Positions 26,601-41,760 of a DNA stretch of 64,000 bases are shown piece by piece. A program made the translations under genes and the position numbers. Source of the DNA: Octopus vulgaris (Eukaryota); NCBI GenBank assembly GCA_951406725.2, contig OX597834.1, positions 9,982,001 to 10,046,000 of the forward strand. The letters run 5' to 3'. The notes beneath the pieces are model-generated. The model was not told the origin of the DNA. It searched no databases and saw nothing but the letters and a program-made list of their open reading frames with translations. How positions within the stretch are numbered: position 1 is the first letter of the stretch; each line of letters starts with the position of its first letter.

Positions 26601-27278
26601 TACTTCGAAGTCACTGTTGTTGTGCTCTTATTTGTGTTTCTGTATGATATGATATTAGTATACGATATTATTATTCGTAACTTATTTCTCTCTAGCACTC
26701 TTTCTCTACAAACATGTTACAATTATTTCTCATAAATATGTGATGTGTTTGCAGAAGCGTTTAATGCCTTCATTACATGCATGGCACAACATAAAATCAT
26801 TCTCCACTTGATGTTGTACCCAGACACGGCTATTGCTGAATAATATTCAACTATATAGTAATTGTAAACAATGATTTTGTATAACATACGAATATACACT
26901 CAACAACTTAGAGCTGGTGTGCAGTGCAGAAAGAATTTTTGTGATCAAAGTATTAAAGTCTAATATCCTTCAACCTCGTATTATTTAATCCTTATATATA
27001 TATATATAACGAAATGATAGCGCTAAGCAGTATTTATGCTTATATAAAATTTTGGGTTAGTTGAAATATATTTGTGACATATTTCAACTGTTGTGTATTT
27101 GCCTTTTAGCTGTTGGAATATGTCACGAACATATTTTTAACTAACCTAAATTTTGCTTATATATATATATATATAGATATATATACATGTGTATATTTTT
27201 TTCTGATATTTCAGATTTTTTATATACTAGGCTGTTGGTTTTAAATTGATATTGATATTCAATTTATCTCCCTCATTA

Positions 27279-27889
<611 letters not shown>

Positions 27890-27894
27890 CATAC

Positions 27895-28046
27895 AGGGAG
27901 AGTTTACGAAAATAACAAAAGACGAAGACAGATGGTGTAGAAAAACAAACAGATATATTAGTATAACGCTCAGGAATAGAAAAACTATTTTACGTTTCGA
28001 GCCTACGCTCTTCTACAGAAAGGGAGACAGAAAAAAACAAGGAGAG

Positions 28047-28050
<4 letters not shown>
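27895..28050 (-). mobile_element. Short (TA)n-embedded element with variant minimal HHR (27988-28021)
   Basis: Minus strand UUU-CUGUAGA-a-GAGC-guag-GCUC-GAAA-CG-UA-AAA. Confidence 0.7.
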
Positions 28051-28089
<39 letters not shown>

Positions 28090-28539
28090 GAGAGAGAGAG
28101 GGGGGAGAGACACAGATACTGAGAGAGCGTATGTATGTGTGAGCGAGCGAATGGTGTTTGTTCTCTCTCGTCGTAGAGTATTTATTTTTAATGCATTAGA
28201 TCCAGTCTGGTTTAAGTTTGTAAAATATTTCAACATCAGGCGGATACGAAGCTGAGATTATATGACTTTGAAGAAGATGATTCTGCAGTTCGATGGCGTT
28301 AGTTGTTATAAGTCCCTCTTTTGTTCGTATTCGAAATGTTTCTTAACATTTACACATCAGGTATTAAGTAGTATTTATGTTACTTTACGCAACGAGGAAT
28401 GTGTATTGTTTGCACGTGGGAAAAACCCAGTTAAAAGATTTCCGATAAACAATGCCATGATGAAGCACTTTTCTTTAGCAACATTGCTTATGTTTTCGGA
28501 ACAGAAAACACCACGTTGAATATTTCACGTTAACCGATC

Positions 28540-28554
28540 TGTAGCAGCAGCAGC

Positions 28555-28614
<60 letters not shown>

Positions 28615-28985
28615 GGTAGTAGTGGTGGTAGTGGTAGTAGTGGTGGTGGTGGTGGTGGTAGTGGTAGTAGTGGTGGTGGTGGTGATGGTAGTGGTAGTAG
28701 TAGTAGTGATGGTGGTAGCAGTAGTAGTAGTATTGGTAGTAGCAGTAGTATTGGTGGTAGTAGTAGCAGTAGTATCGGTAGTAGTAGTAGTAGTAGCAGT
28801 AGTATTGGTAGTGGTAGTAGTAGCAGTAGTATTGGTAGTAGTAGTAGCAGTAGTATTGGTAGTAGTAGTAGTAGTAGCAGTAGTAGTATTGGTAGTAGTA
28901 GCAGTAGTATTGGTAGTAGTAGTTTTTGTAAGAAGAAGAAGAAGACGACCAACACAACAACAGCAGCAGCAGCAACGACTTCAAG
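28540..28985. repeat. Compound trinucleotide array (TAG/TGG/CAG) with higher-order unit tagcagtagtattgg
   Basis: Directly visible; source of the poly-V/L/Y ORFs. Confidence 0.95.
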
Positions 28986-29235
28986 AAGAGTAGGATGTAG
29001 AAGACGCATCGCTTCTGATTGAGGTACAATGCCTGTTAATTTCAACGGAAGAAGTGAGTCGTTAAAGCCATACTAAATGCTAAACCAGTACATTATATTT
29101 TCGATTCCTTATGAATTTAAATTTAAGTTGACTTGGAGGATAGAGCGCTATAGTTGAAAGAAGCATACTTTGCGAAACTCCAAATTTGGGGCTATTTATT
29201 ATTATTGTCATTATTATTATTATTATTATTATTAT

Positions 29236-29791
29236 TGAATGAGAGAGCAGTGCATACCAACAAAGTGACACTGGGGTAAAATATACGAAGCCCAGTATAC
29301 CCATCGTGACTACCTGTCTGATAAGGGTACACTAGGCATATGCATCACAACTATATGTGCGTGACAGGGTGATCTCATATCAAGATAAACAGCACATGAC
29401 CTTGCAGGTGGAACCCAGTTAGAATTTTCTTCTGATCGAGTAGCGCATCCTTCTCAAAACGTCCCTGAATAATGGTTGTTTAAGGATGTTGAACGAAACA
29501 CTCATGTTTCCAAGGGTGAATTATCCACCCCACCCCCAAATTCCTCTCAACACATGGCTATGATGCTCCCCCTCTACTTCTGCTCATGATTAGATATGCA
29601 CATATTGTCGGCCACTAAGGGACATGCTCAACTTGTTATGGTCAAACAACTGACAAGCAAATCTGTGGTATTGAGCAGAATATTTGCTGTAGCCCATCTT
29701 TTATACCAAGACAAAACAATATACATGATAACACTTCCAATCAGTTAAGATCAGAAGCCATGAGAGCCACTGCCTGGTACTGTATCAGGGC
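29236..29791. mobile_element. Unclassified interspersed repeat adjoining (ATT)n
   Basis: ~550-bp complex block starting at an (ATT)n run; resembles a repeat I recall from octopus DNA; single copy in this window. Confidence 0.45.
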
Positions 29792-30283
29792 TACCCCGCT
29801 TTTGACAAGGCTCCCGTGGCTTTTATGGGTTTTTCCACCAGGAACCTTTCGAAGTGCCTCCCCCTTTTGGGAGTTTTTTTCATTGTTATATTTTTTCGTT
29901 GTTACACTGTTTTTACATGGATTTTGTACAAACGGACAAAACCCTTTGTAACTTTCGTCCTGTGTTTAGTCCCTTTATGAAATAATTAAGTTTTGTCAGA
30001 CCTTGTGGCCAATAAAAGAAATTATTATTATTATTATTATTATTATTAATATTTTTATTATTATTATTAATTTTGACGGATTTGGATTGTCAGCAGCAGC
30101 AGTGTGTGCCAGAGATAATGCAGTATAGAATCTACTTATGCCGCTAAAGTATCGGGGTTCAACATTAATTAGTCCGGAGTTGATAAGGGAGAAAGTACCA
30201 GACAAATACGGAAGTTGATGAAGTCGACCTAGACTATGACACTCATAAATTGTGGCTTTGTGCCTAAATGAGAAACTATTAGC

Positions 30284-30329
<46 letters not shown>

Positions 30330-30519
30330 ATGATCTTCATCAACATAATCATCATTTTCTGACAGTGTTGTTGGCGGACTTTTGATCTTAAGAAGACGCT
30401 TGTTAACCGTGAAATTAGTTTTCATATTCGACTAAAGTCCAAACGGCTTTGTTTCGCCTGACACTGAAATTTGAAGAGCGAGCAAGAATCTCTGAGACTC
30501 AGCATGCGTATACCTAAAT

Positions 30520-31120
30520 AGAAATACATATATGTGTATGTATGTTGTATATATGTATGTATGTATGTTATATATATGTAGGTTATATATATGTATATAT
30601 ATTAGAGAGACTTAGTAATTTTAATATTTCTATTATATATATGTATGTTATATATATATGTATGTATTTTATATATATATGTATGTATGTATGTTATATA
30701 TATGTATGTATGTATGTATGTTATATATATATATTTATTCATATATACACTTATATATATATTCATATATACATATATATATATATAATCATATATACAC
30801 ATATATAAATATATATATATATTCATATATACATATATATATATATATAATCATATATACACATATATAAATATATATATATATATATATACACATACAT
30901 ATTTATCTCTCTCGCTCTCTCTCTGTATATATGTACATACATACATTGGTTTGCGTGTGTGTATGTGTATTTGAGAGCATTTGTGTTTTCCCCTATATGT
31001 GTATGTGTGTATGGACAGATAAAGAGATTGATATAGATACGTGTCTCTCTGCCTGCATGCATGTGTGTGCAAACATGTCTATGTATATTTACCTGTGTGT
31101 GTGTATGTATGTGTGTGTGT
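30520..31120. repeat. Complex TA/TG microsatellite
   Basis: Directly visible. Confidence 0.9.
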
Positions 31121-31559
31121 TTTATATTCCTGATTATTGAAAATTGGCAATTAAACGAGAAAAACCAGTCTCTATACAATAGATAAGCTAGTTTCTTGCC
31201 ATGTGCCTTGTTATTAGTCCAACTGTCAAGTATGTTTCATTATATTTGATGCCGTCATCCGTAGAAATCTCTCTCGATGCCAGATTAACTCGAGTACAAA
31301 TTTAAGAAACTATAAGTTACAAATTTACTTTACAACGTCTTACTTTTCGACTTACCGCTTCCTCTTCCATTTTTTCCTCTTTCATCATTCTTCCTTACAT
31401 CAGCTAATTTGATAACATTACTTTGCAATTATATATTATATAGCTTCAGGGCTGCTAGTATGAATGGGTGTATTTGCTGTCATATTTCGTTAGATTTCTG
31501 GTATCTGAAAATTATGTCAGTCTGCCCACTCGTAGATATTTAAATATATATAAACAGAT

Positions 31560-31569
31560 GTGTGTGTGA

Positions 31570-31615
<46 letters not shown>

Positions 31616-31728
31616 ACACATATATATATATATACATATACATACATATATATATATATACACGTATATATACATATATATATATATACACGTATATATA
31701 CATATATATATACACGTATATATACACA

Positions 31729-31762
<34 letters not shown>

Positions 31763-31796
31763 CACACACACACACATATATATACATATATATATA

Positions 31797-31830
<34 letters not shown>

Positions 31831-31864
31831 CATACATATATACATATATATATATACACACACG

Positions 31865-31900
<36 letters not shown>
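31560..31900. repeat. Complex (TA)/(CA) microsatellite
   Basis: Directly visible. Confidence 0.95.
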
Positions 31901-31958
31901 ACATTATTGGTGAATTGAAGAAATGGAGCTGAACGCAGATTGAACAGAAATCGTTTTA

Positions 31959-32047
31959 TTTCATTCTACACGTGTTTCGAAAGGCACAAATTACCAAAAT
32001 CCGATGGAATAATGGGACCATATTGTGTCTTTCTCTTCAGGAAGAAA
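31959..32047 (-). ncRNA. Type I hammerhead ribozyme, best-preserved copy, within a ~200-bp (TA)n-flanked element (31900-32100)
   Basis: Minus strand uuucUUC-CUGAAGA-GAAAGaCACAA...UUGUGcCUUUC-GAAA-CACGUG-UA-GAAugaaa, then AATAAA: canonical core, stem II 10 of 11 pairs, palindromic stem III, GUA triplet. Confidence 0.82.
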
Positions 32048-32337
32048 ATAGGAAATCCGTTGGAAAAACAAAAACAGAACAGAGGCGGAGCAAAAACAAA
32101 TATATATACATATATATCATATTTTTTCACTTCATGTACCTACATATAAATGTATACACACATGCTTGTTTCTTCCTGTCTAAATTTGTATATCTACCTC
32201 TAAATCAATCTCTCGCCCTCTGTCCAAATTTTCCGCTCTATTCCTGCATATATGTATATGCGTCAGTACGTGTTTTCTGTCTGTGTGTGTGTGTGTGTGC
32301 AAACGCATACGTATGTATGTCTGTAAAATTATCTACC

Positions 32338-32375
<38 letters not shown>

Positions 32376-33649
32376 TGTACGCACCTATACACTCATTTAA
32401 ACATTTATATACATACGTATATTTCTGCGTGTGTGTGTGTGTGTTAATACGCATACACGAATGTAGGATTAGGGAGTTTGTAACGTCAATTGATAATAAT
32501 GCGAAAAAATTCAATATTGCATCTACCCAATAGCTAAAGATTCCGACATATTTACAGTTCGATCTTTGAGAGAAAAGTATTACACGCTTAATTCTATATT
32601 TGCTATTCGTGTTATGGAACAAAATAGGCAACAAAGAGACTTAAGTAGAATAACTACATTTCAAACAATTTGTATAGTTTTAAGTTGATTTAGAATGACG
32701 AATATATTTCTGTTCTTTCAAGTATATATATTTTTGTTTCGTAAGTATGTTCATGTTGTGTTCCGAAATATTATTCCAATGTTTTGAAGGATTTATTTTA
32801 TTTTGGGATTTAAGCAATGGAATTTTACTTTATTTTTGAAATCTTTTGAAATATAACTTATAATGGAGCTTATGGAAATGTAGCTATATTTGTAAAATAA
32901 ACAGACCGGTTCTTACTCCAAAATCTCTCAAATCTTAACATAATAATACGTATGATATACTGCTTTATATATATCAGACATATTTCTCTATTAATGAAAT
33001 TGAAGAAACTCATGACTCACCCCATTGCGTCACCCACCAGCAGTTTCAAATCATGAATTATAAAGTTAGGGAGAGAAAGTGATATATGTTCAGTTGACTC
33101 AGAGCGTGGACGTTGTTTTACTCTCGTCATTGCATTTCGTTACTATATAATATCGTCAATATGCCTTAGACACAGTGTTCAGCAAATAGATATCTGTGTG
33201 GGTGCTTAAACTTCTGAAAGTATCAGAAGGAAATCATGTTATATATATATATATATATATATATATTCCAAAATATATGTTGGATAAAGGAATTTTTCAT
33301 ACATAACAGGAGAGGGTTATGTCTGGAACGCTTTGCATCATAGAAAGACTCAACCACATGAACCTGGACCTAACAACAAAAGAGATGAACACCTCGTACA
33401 CAGATCGAATGTGGTAGTCCTCAACTTCGTATATTGAATCTAGTTACACCACCCAAACACTCGTTATACCACACCACGCTACCTGAAATTAAGCCAGTAC
33501 ATCCGTATATGTGTGTGTGTGAGTTGTTACTTGTGTTATATGTATACACGCACGCGTACGCAAACACACAAGCATACACAGGTATATGTGTGTGCGTGTG
33601 TATTATGTATACATGTATCCATGTATGTATCCTAGGCTCTGAGATATGA

Positions 33650-34090
33650 ACTTTATTTCCCAGCCACATGGTCCTGCGTTGAGTGCCACTGCGTCGCATC
33701 CTGAGCAACTGTCTTCTATTATCGCTTCGGGCCGATAGAGACATTCTGAATGGCTGCAACTTGGGCAGGTGTCCTCTACAATAGCCTCGGGCCGACCAAA
33801 GCCTTGTGAGTGGATTTGGTAGACGGAAACTGAAAGAAGCCCGTCGTATATATATATATATACACATGTTTGTGTATCTGTGTTTGTCCCCCCAACATCC
33901 CTTGACAACCAATGCTGGTGTGGTTACGTCCAATAACTTAGCGGTTCGGCAAAAGCGACCGATAGAATGAGTACTAGGATTACAAAGAATAAGTCCTGGG
34001 TGTCGATTTGCTCGTCTAAAGGCGATGCTCCAGCATGGCCACAGTAAAATGACTAAAACAAGTAAAAGAATAGAGAGAATGTGAAAGAGT
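33650..34090 (+). mobile_element. SINE family A with internally duplicated segment
   Basis: gcaa.tgtc.tcta...cgggccga appears twice; intact tail. Confidence 0.85.
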
Positions 34091-34098
34091 ATACAGAT

Positions 34099-34151
<53 letters not shown>

Positions 34152-34278
34152 TGTAAAAAAATACAAACTGGGACAAGAACGCAAAACATTTAGAAGACGA
34201 TGCAAAAAACACGGACGGGACATTCGAAGTATTCAGTCTTCAGTCAAGAACCGGAATCATCCTCACAATTTCGGCTAA
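34152..34278. repeat. Short interspersed repeat also at ~58150-58255
   Basis: ggacggg.cattcgaag...cagtcaag.acc...caatttcggct shared between the two loci. Confidence 0.7.
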
Positions 34279-34282
34279 TATA

Positions 34283-34327
<45 letters not shown>

Positions 34328-34570
34328 TGTAATACGAAACTTTGAATTTATCGACATATGTGTATGATCTAAGTTGTAGGACAACAAGTAATTAAGACAA
34401 TATTCCACAATACAAATATTTTATCGTACTCCACGAAACAAATGCCACTTTATATTTATTGCATACATGTAACTCGACACAGCCTTTTATATTTTACATA
34501 TTATATAGCTGTTATTTGAACGATACTTCTTTCTTTTTATATTTCTCATTTTTCTGTTTAAATGTTAAAG

Positions 34571-34756
34571 CTTATTTAATATTTTCCGTGTCTTTTATAT
34601 TTACATGCATACTAAATGTTTTTTTTTTTTTTCTTTCTTTTGTAGGTAAGTAACCTAACAGATTTCAATTGTATGAAGTTTTCTAACTTCAGTGAAATTT
34701 ATGTATTTTGCTTAAGAAAAAAATTTAAGTAAAATTGAAGTAAATCTTCGGTGAGT
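34571..34756 (+). promoter_or_regulatory. Candidate recursive splice site (AG|GTAAGT) with 105-nt RS-exon
   Basis: ~73-nt AG-free zone, actaaat branch-like motif, 23-nt pure pyrimidine tract, TAG|GTAAGT (34643-34651), downstream CG|GTGAGT at 34751. Confidence 0.55.
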
Positions 34757-35144
34757 ACAGAATTCAGTAATACTTATACAACAGCTCGCTGGGGAAGTTA
34801 ATCTACCAATATTGCCTTGATATTCATTAGCCTTAATATATATATAAATGCCTGCTTATATATAAACATATGTGAGATACAGAATGGAAGAGTTGAGATT
34901 AAGAAAAAGCGTATGAAAATCATATATGTATGTATGTATGTATATGTGCAGATTTGTATTTTTTCTTTCATGTATGTATTCTCATGCATATAGTTGCATA
35001 TCTAGACATGTTCCTGTACATTTTAATGATAAACTTCTTGAAAGTTTAAAAAATTTTTACAGTTCCAGTATTGTACTGGATCTGTAGTCTTCGAAGTAAG
35101 ATTCCCCTTTCTGGTTTTGAGAAGCCTAATTTCTCAAGATTGGT

Positions 35145-35340
35145 ATGCTTTTATGTATGTATGTATGTAAGCATGCGTGTATGTACGTACGTATGCATGC
35201 ATGCGTATATGTATGTTCGTATGCACGCATGCATGTATGTACGTATGCATGCCTGTATGTATTTATGCATGCATGTATGTATTTACGTATGTATGCATGC
35301 ATGTATGTATTTACGTACGTATGTATGTATGTATGTATAA
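35145..35340. repeat. Degenerate (TATG/CATG)n
   Basis: Directly visible. Confidence 0.9.
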
Positions 35341-35429
35341 ATTTGACGGTTTGCATGAAAGGAAAAGAGAACAGTATCTCATCTAAAAATAATAAGTTAA
35401 AGAATCTAAAAATACCCACTATATAATGG

Positions 35430-36180
35430 TTGGATGATAATAGTTTGTTTACTGAAAGCAGCCACCCACATCTTCCACCATGACTTCAAGACGGCTTCAG
35501 AACCCTGCGCATGCGTTTCTTATTGTGTCCTTGAGAATCTTTTTGAAGATCTCCTTGATCTTGGCCAATATTTCAGCTTTGATGCTGCAGGCACAGTGGT
35601 TGGTGTCGTCCTCATTCGTGCCATACACATAGTAATTCTAAGAAATTAAAATCAGAAGAATTAGGAGGCCAGAAATTCAGGTTGGTGAAGTCGTAGAAAT
35701 TCTCCGACAACCACTTCTGACGCTTTCCAGAATTATGACGAGGAGCTGACTACTGCTGTCACAAACATGGCATTCCAGTGGCAAACCTTACCAGCAAGGT
35801 TTGATCACAGTCGCTAGCAACTTCATATAAACCTCAAAATGGATCCTAAGGCCCTGTTCAAATATATGGAGCGTTATGATGTCGCACCCACTGAAGGGAC
35901 ACACAAAAAACATCCATCCTTCTGGCGACGGTTTCGTCATCTCCGTTACTGTATTCCATATGTCACGTCTTACAGTCTTGACATCGTTCACAGAGCTTTG
36001 ACCGGCTGTCATCTTGATATTTTTGTACCCGGTGTGTTCATCGTTGTACACGTAGACTTTTCCAGTATTCATATGGCTTCGAATCCATCATGAACGGCAA
36101 CATCATTGACTGTTCACCAATAGATAGGGCCATTCTTGAACAGGAGATAAAATACCGCCAAACGTAACCCAAACACCCCA
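35430..36180 (-). mobile_element. Degenerate Tc1/mariner-superfamily transposase relic (DD37D/maT-like)
   Basis: Minus strand HIFEQGLRI..EVYMKLLATVIKP and QKWLSENFYDF....FWPPNSSD.N, resembling WPPNSPDLNP; frameshifted. Confidence 0.75.
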
Positions 36181-36839
36181 TATATATATATACACAAAGA
36201 GGTTATATAATTCCGTTGAATAAGGGAGAAGAAACTCAGTTTAAACTTCCGGTGTGCGTTATTGGAGTGAACTATATGATATATATAAAATATAAAAAGC
36301 ATGAATCCCACATTTCTCCTGGTTGCAAAAATTTAATGCGATGAGTCATCCTAAACATGTAGTCCTTATTTCAATATCGAGCCTTCACTGACAAATGAAC
36401 AAAGGATAAACTGCTATTTTATTAAATTAGTATGTGTTCTCGAAAGTAAAGTGTTAATTACGTTCAAAATAATATGCAGATATGTATAAAGGAAGACAAA
36501 ACTAATTCCATATAAAACAAAGGAAATAGAAAAAAGAAGAGACAGATAAAATATACTTGCTCAAATTCAATTTTAAATATTTCTTTGTGTATATACATAC
36601 ATATTGGTGAATGAAGATGGTTCACGAAGTTAAACTTATTTAAAAAATATGCTAAATCTGCAAACTCGTGTCAGGAATCATTCAGTCTAATCGAATTCAT
36701 TTTGCCCTGTCTGTTTGCATGACTTTGTGTATTAACATGTAAATATTTTCCCTTTTTTATAAAAGACTCAAAGCATCTTCTCGCTCTCTTTTTCTCTCTC
36801 TCTCTCTCTCTCTTTCATTCTATCTCTCTCTCTCTCTCT

Positions 36840-37770
<931 letters not shown>

Positions 37771-38087
37771 TGCGCTTGTGCGCATGCATATATTTGTGTA
37801 TGTACAGCATACGTGATCTAGCATCAGATTTCCTCACTATTTCATTCAATTGCTACACACCATGTTTCCTATAGGAACCGACATTTACATATTCAATTCA
37901 GAAACTAGCAAATTTTTGTCACAACATAAGAGATTTTATTACATAATTATAAGTTTCATAATGGAAAATATACAACTAAGTTACCCATTCATATTTCCTT
38001 TCACCCTGACGCTAACTCTCCATAGCATTTTATGCTTAGTATTCGCTATCCATATCAATAAAAGCAGTACTAATATTGAAACTTCAG

Positions 38088-38465
38088 CAGGCCGGGCGAA
38101 ATGCTTAGCGGTATTTCGTCTGCCGCTACGTTCTGATTTCAAATTCCGCCGAGGTCGACTTTGCCTTTCATCCTTTCAGGGTCGATTAAATAAGTACCAG
38201 TTACGCCCTGGGGTCGATGTAATCGACTTAATCCGTTTGTCTGTCCGTGTTTGTCCTCTCTGCGTTTAGCCCATTGTGGTTAGTAAAGAAATAGGTATTT
38301 CGTCTGCCGCTACGTTCTGAGTTCAAAATTCCGCCGAGGTCGACTTTACATTTTATGCTTTCGGGGTCGATAAATTAAGTACCAGTTGGGTACAGAGGTT
38401 GATCTAATCGAATGGCCTCCTTACCCAAAATATTTCGGACCTTGTGTCTAGAGTAGAAAAGAATA
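38088..38465 (+). mobile_element. SINE family D, partial tandem with two different tails
   Basis: ggtatttcgtctgccgctacgttctga...ccgccgaggtcgacttt repeated at ~38110 and ~38294. Confidence 0.88.
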
Positions 38466-38644
38466 CTTAAATATAAGTATATTTTAATATGTTTTAAGCT
38501 AGTAATAACAATATCGTAACGTCTAACATTCGTATATCATATCAAATACAATATATTACTAAAAACTTTGTTAGCGATTAGGAAAATACATGTTCTGTTA
38601 AAAGGACAAAATCTGCATAAGATAGAAAATGTATTATATGTACA

Positions 38645-38940
38645 TTGTTGTTGCTTGTTCCTTCTCGTGACATGCCTGGCTCATAAGGGCCGGTTTCCCG
38701 GTTTCATTGGCATATAGGCTCCCCTGATGGAGGGGACGCCGGTCCATCGCAGGTGAGCTGCTTGATGCAAGAGGAAAGAGTGAGAGAAAGTTGTGGCGAA
38801 AGATTCAGCAGAGGTTCGCCATTACCTTCTGCCGGATTTATGCGTTTCGCTCATAAACACACACACCACCCGGTCTGAGATTCGAACCCTTGATCCCACG
38901 ATTGCGAATTCGCTGCTGGAAATAGTAGGTCATGTACCTT
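38645..38940 (-). mobile_element. Chimeric SINE: family B-like head and body with family C-like tail
   Basis: gagtgagagaaagttgtgg and tttcgctca.taaacac (family B) joined to ccggtttcccggtttc...gggacgccggtccatcgcag (family C tail, reverse complement). Confidence 0.7.
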
Positions 38941-39435
38941 CACTCACGCAAAACATTAACAAGAAAATCAAACACATAACCCGTTTCTTTCAGTTTCTTT
39001 GTATATTCTTATTTTTTTAACGTTCAGTTTCCTTTTCTATTCTTTATATGATTCTAGTAGGAACGCCTTCTGATTTCCGCTAAATAACTGAACCTCTTTC
39101 GTCTTTTTTGACACAAAAACCTATATATTGGAATATTGACCAAAGTTCTACGATGCATTGTAGCCGCCCATCTTGGGAGAGAAAGGAAATGCAACGGTGG
39201 CGATTAAGGGATTTTAGGATGCATATAAGCTTTATATATATATATATATATATATATATTTAGAGAGAGGTTAGAGAGAGGGGGAGACAGATAGATAGAT
39301 AGATTATTTATACATCCATTTCATTGGAAAATCTTCAAAATAACATTTTGCTCTACTTTTACGGTTCGAACTTTGGCTGCACCTTGTTTTGTACCTACGT
39401 ACTTACATGCACGCGCAAACAAACACACACACACA

Positions 39436-39471
<36 letters not shown>

Positions 39472-39972
39472 ATCTCTCTCTCTCACACACACACACACAC
39501 ATATGCACATATCGACAGAGACATAACGACAATTGTGCTAGACTAAAAAGATGCAAACGTGTATATTTATTAGCAATCATATACTTCTCTATCAATTTCC
39601 ATTTTTTTGTTTCCAACTTTTAATTATAATTTTTAATTACCGGTTCATTAAGCCGGCTCATTTATTTAACCACTCAATAATCATCTAAAATTCATTTAAA
39701 ATATTCAGACAGACAGCTACAGACCTATCCAACAAAATGCTGTGCCGATAATTAACTGTATCGCTTCATAAGAATATATGATATTGTATGATTTCAAATA
39801 AAAATATTCATTAAGATTTCAAACAATCGTAATTTCAAATAGAAATATAATCACAACTATACTATGATTTATGTGTTTATCCGGCTGTGTGTTTGCTTCC
39901 TTTGTTCTTCACCTCTATCTCTCTTTACCTCTCTATCACCTTCTGCCTCTCTCTCTCTCTCTCTTTTTCTCT

Positions 39973-40032
<60 letters not shown>

Positions 40033-41504
40033 TGTGTTTCGCTTGCTCGTTCTCTCTCGCTCTCCCACTCTCTCTCCCACTCAATTCGCTCTTTTCGCTT
40101 AGCATTACTTATTTGCAATATGTATAATTAATGCCTCATACTTAGGTTGTTGCTGACACCCTAACCACTAAGCCACGTGCCTCCACTAGCGGAAGGACAG
40201 GCAGGTTATTATATAGATAGAAATATTGCCGAATTCCTATGGGTTCCTCTTCGTAAAAATGAAGTCTTTGTTTGACCCCTATGTGTGCCATTTCGAGCCA
40301 ATTGAATTTCATATAGCTTCATGTTGACCCTTGAACTTTAGTAGTTAATAAATTTAACAGTTCTTCAGAACGAATATCCCAGAACTTACCTGGAATATAC
40401 TATAAAGTATTGGGAATTAATTTAAAGGTAGAAACGAGTGTGGAATTTTTAGCCAGGTATCTATTAATTTAATGTGCTTATAATTCAATTGAATGAATCT
40501 CTAACATCATGTATGTACTAGTTCGTGTATTTGTTTGCATACACACGCTGGTACACACATGCGAGCATACACCTACGCACACATACATGCGCGTGCATAC
40601 TCAACCGCATATTTGCGCGCGCTCGGATGCATATATATGTATGGTGTGTGTGTATGTGTGTGTGTATATACCTTTATATACATATATACACAATGTAAAT
40701 AATTTCATGGAAATATCTAATTTATCATATGCATACGCTCATATTTCTCTCATATTTACACCAACACATACATACATGGGGGGGTGGAATGCGTGCATGC
40801 ATGTACCTTCGTGTTTACATATGTGTGTATATATGATTATACGGTATATTTACTCTTAATCATCTCCATGTGTGTGACTTGGGTGTCGAACAGTGTGCCT
40901 GCATTTGCGTGCGTGCGTGCGTGCGTTTCCAGCTTTTGAATGTGGCAAAATGCGTTCATTACCTTCGCCTTCTATGTATTTTGACACTCGAAACCAATTA
41001 ATTTAATTGTCAAGTCCCACAGCATTTGGATGAGTTGCATGTGGAAGGTCATCTATGCAGGCTGATGTTATCATTCCTAATTCAGTTTATGTTTGCAAAC
41101 ATGCACATAATTGAAAACCCGCGCATGCATCCCTTCCATACACATACGCTCAAAAACACTCATACATATACATATATTCACTTAGGCACAGATTGGTAAC
41201 ACATCACTTCAAGTTTATTTGCAAGCATTTTAAAATGATTTCGATGTTTTCTAGCGTGATGTGTCTGATATAAAAGAGCCACGATCAAAGGCATTCGGAA
41301 CATTGGTGCCTATAATTTTTTGCTAATAGATTAAAATGGACCAAATTCGTGATATTACCTGTTTTTAAGGCACTTGTGTTACCACATCTGCTGTCAATTG
41401 TGAGGGTATTGAACTACTAACATCAATTGTATGAAGGGCTATATATTAAGACTTATATAGCCTTAATATATAGTTCTAATAAATATATATATATATATAT
41501 ATAT

Positions 41505-41760
41505 ATAACTAAAAATAAGGGTGTCTGAGAGACACTACCATGCTGAAATAGCAGTCAAATCCCTGACTCTAAAGACCAACTTAAATTTAAGGTGGTCTTT
41601 AGAGTCAGAGATTTGACTGCTACTTCGGCATGATGGTGTCTCTCAGACACCCTTATTTCTAGTTGTAAAAAATTATTACCTTCGTATGGTATTTTTTCCC
41701 ATGCTGCCCACTTGATAATATCGATATTTGAATATCGATATTATCCTTATTTATAAATTT
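41505..41760 (+). mobile_element. (TA)n-embedded fold-back element, ~78-bp near-perfect hairpin arms plus tail
   Basis: aactaaaaataagggtgtctgagagaca...ttaaa|tttaag...tgtctctcagacacccttatttctagtt; 22-bp direct repeat ctatatattaagacttatatag at 41439 and 41781. Confidence 0.8.

Noticed and set aside
28475-29045. Poly-Y/H, poly-L/P and poly-V ORFs (also 56836-57367 and 20610-21144)
   Set aside because: Trinucleotide arrays open in several frames on both strands; not evidence of a gene.
29720-29790. Hairpin cttccaatc/gatcagaag as a SECIS element or HDV-like ribozyme
   Set aside because: Neither the SECIS helix after AUGA nor the HDV nested pseudoknot could be built.
34205-34250. Minus-strand CUGAAGA...GAAU-GUC (and CUGAGGA at ~58205) as a hammerhead
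   Set aside because: GAAU instead of GAAA and no convincing stem I; left as an unclassified repeat.
40383-40440. Minus-strand CAG|GTAAGT as a second ratchet point or microexon
   Set aside because: Weak pyrimidine tract with a competing AG 10 nt upstream; chance occurrence is plausible.
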